64,000 nucleotides of DNA from Longimicrobiales bacterium (GTDB lineage Bacteria; Gemmatimonadota; Gemmatimonadetes; Longimicrobiales; Gaopeijiaceae), in contig OY730414.1 of the NCBI GenBank assembly GCA_963422615.1, forward strand, positions 2,402,302-2,466,301, in the 5' to 3' direction. Shown here one piece after another: positions 58,726 through 64,000 of the stretch (position 1 is the first letter of the stretch; each line of letters begins with the position of its first letter). Made by a program: the position numbers and the translations under genes. Under the pieces are notes generated by a model, which searched no databases, had not been told where the DNA came from, and saw nothing but the letters and a program-made list of their open reading frames with translations.

Positions 58726-59637
58726 CTATGACCCGGTGAGGCTCCTGTAGACCCCGCGGACGAAGCGCTCCGGGTTCTCGCCCCACTCCGCATCCAGCTC
58801 CGATGTCGGTGTTGCGGCGACGACTTGGTCTTCCGTTCGTCCGTCTGCAGCCATGGCGGCCACCCGCAGGCGCACGGTCTCCAGCATGTCGCGGTAGGCA
58901 CGAAGGTCTCCCGGCGACGCCAAACCGCCGTGGCCCGGGATGATGCGGGTCTCCTCGGTCGAATGTTCGAGGACAAAGTTGGCCGCGGCGATGACTCCGT
59001 CGATCCCGCCCCCGCTGTCCACGTCAATGAAGGGGTAGCGGCCCCGGAAGAAGGTGTCACCCATATGGAAGACGTTGGCCTGGGGAAAGTGGATGATGGC
59101 GTCTCCATCCGTGTGGGCCTTGCCAATGTGGGTTACCCGGATGTGGCGCCCGTTCCAGTGGAACCGAACTCCGTCGTCGAAGGTGACGACGGGCAGGGCC
59201 CGTTCCGGAGCTTGGTCGGAACGACCCAACAACTCCGGGAAGTCGGCCGGATTCATCCTCCGGTAGACGTTTTCGTGGGCAACGATCATGGCGCCGGCGC
59301 CGCCCAGATTCTCGTTGCCGCCCGTGTGGTCCCCGTGCCAGTGGGTGTTGAGCACCCAGCGGACAGGCTGGTCCGTTACTGCCGCAACGGCGGCCAGGAT
59401 CTTGTCCGTGAGCGGTGCAAACTGGTCGTCGATCAGGAAGGCGCCGTCCTCCCCCACCGACAGGCCGATGTTCCCACCCCGGCCGACGAGCATGAAGAGG
59501 TCGTCCTCGAGCTCGATGGTCTCGATCTCCACCCCGGACATGTCCTGCTGGCTGGCAAGGGGCGCCGCCGCGACCCCAGCGATAAGGACCGCGCCCGTCA
59601 CACCCGTGACGCCGGTCCGGTTCCATGAAGCCTGCAT
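58726..59637 (-). CDS. MBL-fold metallo-hydrolase (cyclase-like), secreted
   Basis: NTHWHGDHTGGN, HTDGD, HMGD and IPGHG. Confidence 0.92.
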   Translation of the reverse strand: MQASWNRTGVTGVTGAVLIAGVAAAPLASQQDMSGVEIETIELEDDLFMLVGRGGNIGLSVGEDGAFLIDDQFAPLTDKILAAVAAVTDQPVRWVLNTHWHGDHTGGNENLGGAGAMIVAHENVYRRMNPADFPELLGRSDQAPERALPVVTFDDGVRFHWNGRHIRVTHIGKAHTDGDAIIHFPQANVFHMGDTFFRGRYPFIDVDSGGGIDGVIAAANFVLEHSTEETRIIPGHGGLASPGDLRAYRDMLETVRLRVAAMAADGRTEDQVVAATPTSELDAEWGENPERFVRGVYRSLTGS

Positions 59638-59799
59638 AATTTCAAATTCTCCACTTCAGTCGGATTATCCGGGTCGAAGATCCGCCTCCAGCAGACCGCG
59701 ACGCACTTCAGGTAATATGATGGCGAACCGGCCGCCGGATTGCCAATGAATAGCTCTTAGCGGGCAACCGGGCAGGCGCGTCGCCAAACGGGGGCCACG

Positions 59800-61329
59800 C
59801 TAGAGTTTTCCGCCCGGTCTCATTGCCGATCCCGGCAGGGTGTGCCGACCGGCGTGGTTTACCATTTTCGGCCTTCCGCTACGGCAACATATCCCGTGGC
59901 GCCTTGCGCCCTTCAATCGCCTTTGCGAGCCTACCTGTTCCATTGTTGGAACCATCACACCGAGACCGCAGAACCTGCCGTCGCCGATGATCAGAGGGCC
60001 TGGAACCGCAGTGGAGAATCGCAATTCCACGTGCCAGAGCGCGTGCTTCGAGAATCGGGACCCGTTCGCGAACCGCTCTGCCATCACCCCCCTATGCTGG
60101 AAGGGCTCGCGCTGAACCCGGATACGGGTCGGTCGCGCGCGAACGCCAGCGTGGCGTAATGCCTGAACAACCGCTGCGGCAGCCCGCGCCTCTTCCCGAA
60201 TCCGCTCATCGGCGTTCTTGGTCAGGCTGCTCTCGTCAGCGCCAAGACGCCGCCGTATGGCGGCGGACAGTGCTACCGCGGTCACGCTGCGGAAAACCCG
60301 GGCGTCTTGCAAAAACCGATCCGCCATGCGTGAGTCTTCCGTCGACATGAGGCGTCCCGGCCAAGTTTCCCCGGTTTCCGGGTCGGACGGTGCAAGACCT
60401 GCGAAGGCCCACCGGAGATCATCGGCACGAATGGGACATCGGGCCGGAACGTCGATCATGACCCTGCGAATCGATGGGTCCGTATGCACGGCGCCGATGG
60501 ACGGTATCGGCGTTATCCTTATGCGCCGATCGAGATCCCGAGGGCCGGCACCGCGGCCAATGACCAGCTTTTCGAACAGCGTCGCTTGTGCAGGTAGGGA
60601 ATCCCGCAGCTTCCCTGCCGCAGCATCACGCAGACCGGCGATCAACGGCGCCGTGAGTCGTAGCGGTCGGGGTGTGAAGCCCGATCCGTCCCTCAGTTCG
60701 AAGTGCAGACGCCGCGGCGGCATCCGGTAGCCGACGCCGCGGAAAAGCGCCTTCGGCGGCTGGTTGAACAACTGACGGGGCTTGCCATCCGATCCGCTCC
60801 AGACCAACCGCTCTCGGGCCTGTACGTGTCTATTGATGAGGCTGGCGAGTGCTCCAGATTGGGGACAGGCCACTTCGCCGACGCCACCAGGAACGTAGAG
60901 CGCACCCACGTGGGCGGCCAGTACGGCTTCCGCCCGGTCTCGGGTAAGGATGTCCGCAACTGCCCACGCCATATCCACACCCCGCCCAAGCTGGTACACG
61001 CGGGCAGCGATGCCACGGACGCACTCCGCCTCGGCCCCGCCCGAATCGAAGTTCCAGACATAGACCGCCGGTTGGTCGGGATCGAAGAAGCAGGGCCGCC
61101 AGCGTTTGTCGGTGCGGATTTTCCCCACCCGCTGCGGGTCGCCGCCGACCGCGTCCAGGTCGTTGTTGGGAACGTACATCTTGACCGACTGCCCGCGCAG
61201 CACCTGCGGCGCAGCGATCCTGGGCGGCTCAAGCTGCTCCAGCCAGCATAGTGCCCGTTGATCCTCGGGAAGCACGTGCACCCCCCGTGCCGCCGCGGCT
61301 ACGAGGGCCTGGAAGAGGCGGCCGGGTGA
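59800..61329 (-). pseudogene. csb2: Type I-G (I-U) Csb2 (Cas5/Cas6-like), 5'-truncated
   Basis: SPGRLFQALVA, WLEQLEPP, YVPNND, LGRGVD, and G-loop GPLIIGDGRFCGLG; the N-terminal segment up to the usual (E)WPP is missing. Confidence 0.8.
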
Positions 61330-62299
61330 CAGCGACGGTGCGACTGTGGCAGTACACGAGTACACGTGCCGGGCCGTTTGTCTCCATCGAATCGAACAAG
61401 GGCAACGACCCGCGCTGCGGAGCCGAAGCCGATCGACGCTGACGGCCGAGTTTGACGGCGCGTTCGGCGAGACGTACAGGCAACTCCTTCGGATCGTCCA
61501 GTTCGATCACCTTCAGCCGCTTGCGCGCCGTCAACCGTGCGCGTACCACCGGCTCCTGTTTATCGGCTTCCGTCAACCGAAACACATCCGCCGAGTGCGT
61601 TTCCGCCGTCGTCCGTCCCGTCGCCGACAAGGACATCACGCAGAAAGGTGGCGCCGTTTCAGCGGCGGCTTCGTCCGCCGGGCCGAGTGCGCCATTCCGT
61701 TGCACCTCGATCTGCCGTAGCAGCCGTTCGAACGGAAGACACAAATGCGCCTCGTCAAGCAGGACCAGGGTATCGACGCCCAGAAGACCGGCCTGGAAGG
61801 GGCGCATCCCCCTGCGCCTTGATACGCCGTAGCCTCCGAACAGGAGCCGGGAGCCAATCATGTCGACGGTTCCAACCAGCAACGCCGGCCTGGAAGGATC
61901 ATCAAGCCAGTCCCGGTTGTCGACGAATCCGCCGCGCAGTGTGGAGATGGGAAGCCTCCGCTTCCCGTCGCGCCAACCGAGCCTGAGCCGATCCGCGAGA
62001 TCGGCCGGCAGGTTCGCGCGCAGCCGTTCCGCGAACCGCGTGGCCTGATCGACCACCGCGCGCCGATCGACGACATAGACCAGCCGGCGCGGCAGGCGCG
62101 TGCCCTCCCCGAGCGCGATCAGCCACAACGCCATGACGGAGGTCTTGCCAAGACCGGTGGGCACATCAACAGCAGCGGGCAAATCAGCATCGATGAAGCG
62201 GCGGAGCAAGCGCCTTTGCCAGCGGAACGGCGCATGCCCTGGTCGTCCTTCTTCCCAGGTCAGACACTCGAAGACGGCGTCCAATCGGTTCTTGTCTAA
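61330..62299 (-). pseudogene. cas3: Type I-G (I-U) Cas3 helicase, 3'-truncated
   Basis: PFRWQ, VPTGLGKT, PRRLVYVVDRRAVVDQ, TLRGG, GTVDMIGSRLLF, LDEAHL, LSAT and VLVYCHSR; similarity then stops, with no later helicase motifs and no HD domain. Confidence 0.85.
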
Positions 62300-62436
62300 G
62301 ACAGGACTCCTTTCCGTATAGTATACTTCTCTTATGGCTTGGTGTCTCGGCTTCCGGGCGATTCGCATGGAGGCTGAAACTAGACCAACCCCCCAAGAGC
62401 TAACCAACTTCCGTCCCCGATGACAGGAACCTAAGC

Positions 62437-64000
62437 ATGAAACGCACCGCCCTCGTCGCCCTCGCGACCACCACCCTTTTCGCATGCATCGATGCCGAAC
62501 CCGACGATGCATCTTCCGCCCCGCGCGTTCCCCTTGCCCCCACCGCCGACGACGAACTGCCACCCGCAGTCATCGGCCAGGGCGGTCCGCTGCAAGGGCA
62601 GGATCTGCGCTACGTGGACGGTGACACCCTTACGACCGGCTACCTCTCCGTGCCGGCCGGAGAGGGGCCGTTCCCGGCGCTGGTCATCATTCACGAGTGG
62701 AACGGACTCCAGGAGCGGGTCCGGCAGCTCGCCGACGACTTTGCCGCCGAGGGCTACGTGACGCTCGCCGCGGACCTCTTCCAGGGGCGTACGGGCGCCA
62801 ACCCCACCGAGAACATGGCGCTGGTGCAAGAAGCACAGGAGGATCCCGCCGCCATGATCGCGAACCTGAACGCGGCAGTCGCCTACCTTAAAGTCCGGCC
62901 GGACGTCACCGGCCGCATCGGAGCCATGGGTTGGTGTTTCGGCGGTGGTGTCGCCCTGTCCTTCGGCCTCGACGGTGCAAACCACGAGGCCACCGCCATC
63001 TTCTACGGCCGTCTCGTAGACGACCCGGAGGTGGTCGCGGCGCTGGACCATGAGGTCTACGGAACTTTTGCCGCCCTGGACCGGGGTCCGTCTCCTGAAT
63101 CTGTCGCCGCATTCGAAGCCGCTCTTCGGGCCGCCGGCATCCAGAACGACCTTCACATCTACGATGAGGTGAATCACGGCTTCTGGCTCCGGGTGGACGG
63201 CGACCCCGCGGTCCGAACCGGTCCCGCTACCGACGCTTGGCAACGCCTCAAGTCGTACCTGCGCCGGACGCTGGGGGAATCGAACCCCGGGAGCGGAACC
63301 GAACCCCAAGCATACTCCCTCTTCGGCGAAGCCCTGTACGAGATGGAGGATACGACTGGCGCGGTAGCCGGAGCCGACGCCGCCCTCTCCGCCGCCCCGG
63401 ACCAGGTGGAGCTCCTGATCGAGGCAGGCCGCGTGCGTCGGAACTTCTGGCAGTACCGGCAAGCAATCGAACTGTACACGCGGGCCGCGGAGTTGGCGCC
63501 GGAGGACTGGCGGCCTCGCCGCTTCCGGGGGCACCGCTACATCTCCTTGCGGCAATTCGACGACGCGGTCGCGGATCTGGAGGCAGCCCGCGATCGGGCA
63601 CCCACGAACTGGGACGTAGCCTACCACCTGGGTCTGGCCTACTTTCTGGCCGGGCGCTTCAACGATGCCGCCGACGAGTACCTTCGCTGCCTGGAGGGTG
63701 CCGGAAGCGAAGTACCCCTCGCAGCGGAGGCCCAAACCCCGGATTTCCGAAGCTGTTCCCGGAACGAGGACGACGCCGAGTCCACCGTGGCCATGGTGGA
63801 ATGGGCCGTTCGCGCGACCCTGCGAGCCGGGCGGACGGACGAAGCAGAAGCCCTTCTGAACCGGATCGGTCCCGAAATGCCAGTGGAGGAAAACGTGGCT
63901 TACTACCACGATCTTCTCTTCTACAAGGGACTGAAGACGGAGGAAGCGTTGCTCAATCCGGGTGAGGACGCACCCTATCGTTTCGAGACCGTGGGGTACG
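62437..64000 (+). CDS. Dienelactone hydrolase-family lipoprotein fused to TPR repeats (partial, runs off the window end)
   Basis: Not in the ORF track. ATG 62437 gives MKRTALVALATTTLFAC (lipobox), IIHEWNGL, GAMGWCFGGG and NHGFW, then TPR-like helices (YRQAIELYTRAAELAP, YHLGLAYFLAGRF). Confidence 0.88.
   Translation, partial: MKRTALVALATTTLFACIDAEPDDASSAPRVPLAPTADDELPPAVIGQGGPLQGQDLRYVDGDTLTTGYLSVPAGEGPFPALVIIHEWNGLQERVRQLADDFAAEGYVTLAADLFQGRTGANPTENMALVQEAQEDPAAMIANLNAAVAYLKVRPDVTGRIGAMGWCFGGGVALSFGLDGANHEATAIFYGRLVDDPEVVAALDHEVYGTFAALDRGPSPESVAAFEAALRAAGIQNDLHIYDEVNHGFWLRVDGDPAVRTGPATDAWQRLKSYLRRTLGESNPGSGTEPQAYSLFGEALYEMEDTTGAVAGADAALSAAPDQVELLIEAGRVRRNFWQYRQAIELYTRAAELAPEDWRPRRFRGHRYISLRQFDDAVADLEAARDRAPTNWDVAYHLGLAYFLAGRFNDAADEYLRCLEGAGSEVPLAAEAQTPDFRSCSRNEDDAESTVAMVEWAVRATLRAGRTDEAEALLNRIGPEMPVEENVAYYHDLLFYKGLKTEEALLNPGEDAPYRFETVGY

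Noticed and set aside
58726..59637. Metallo-beta-lactamase resistance gene
   Set aside because: Motifs fit the widespread cyclase-like MBL-fold group; resistance cannot be inferred.
61330..61365. Track start of csb2 at 61365
   Set aside because: It lies within cas3 coding sequence, has no RBS, and the first residues are not Csb2-like.
62314..62563. N-terminal extension of the cas3 ORF to 62563
   Set aside because: It overlaps the divergent DLH gene and lies upstream of the cas3 RBS; the sequence is not Cas3-like.
1..64000. tRNA, rRNA, transposase, integrase or prophage genes
   Set aside because: None recognised by eye; a short tRNA or small RNA cannot be fully excluded without a scan.

Overview
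GC-rich bacterial chromosomal window. The gene content (SusC/SusD, GWxTD, DUF5916, VPS10-like hydrolase, many secreted peptidases) suggests Gemmatimonadota; this taxonomic call is inference. Most of the window is secreted hydrolases, peptidases and transporters. I saw no rRNA, tRNA, transposase or intact CRISPR array. Main observations not evident from the ORF track: (1) a minus-strand module at the left end, ECF sigma -> AraC -> small secreted 6-Cys peptide gene split by a 1-nt frameshift (545-794) -> NHL/6-bladed beta-propeller lipoprotein (1-416, partial); (2) a selenoprotein peroxiredoxin-like lipoprotein with a U-x-x-C motif, in-frame TGA at 52080-52082 and a SECIS-like hairpin, which the track splits into two ORFs; (3) a collapsed type I-G (I-U) CRISPR-Cas remnant in which the 5' part of cas3 is joined out of frame to a 5'-truncated csb2; (4) a heme-c / PHM-like copper monooxygenase fusion with a partner gene; (5) two small membrane proteins, one with an 8-Cys tail; (6) a G10 tract in the SusC signal region; (7) a tandem YjbQ-like protein; (8) a solitary OLD-like ATPase-TOPRIM gene; (9) several short tandem duplications. 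All family assignments come from reading motifs by eye, with no database search.
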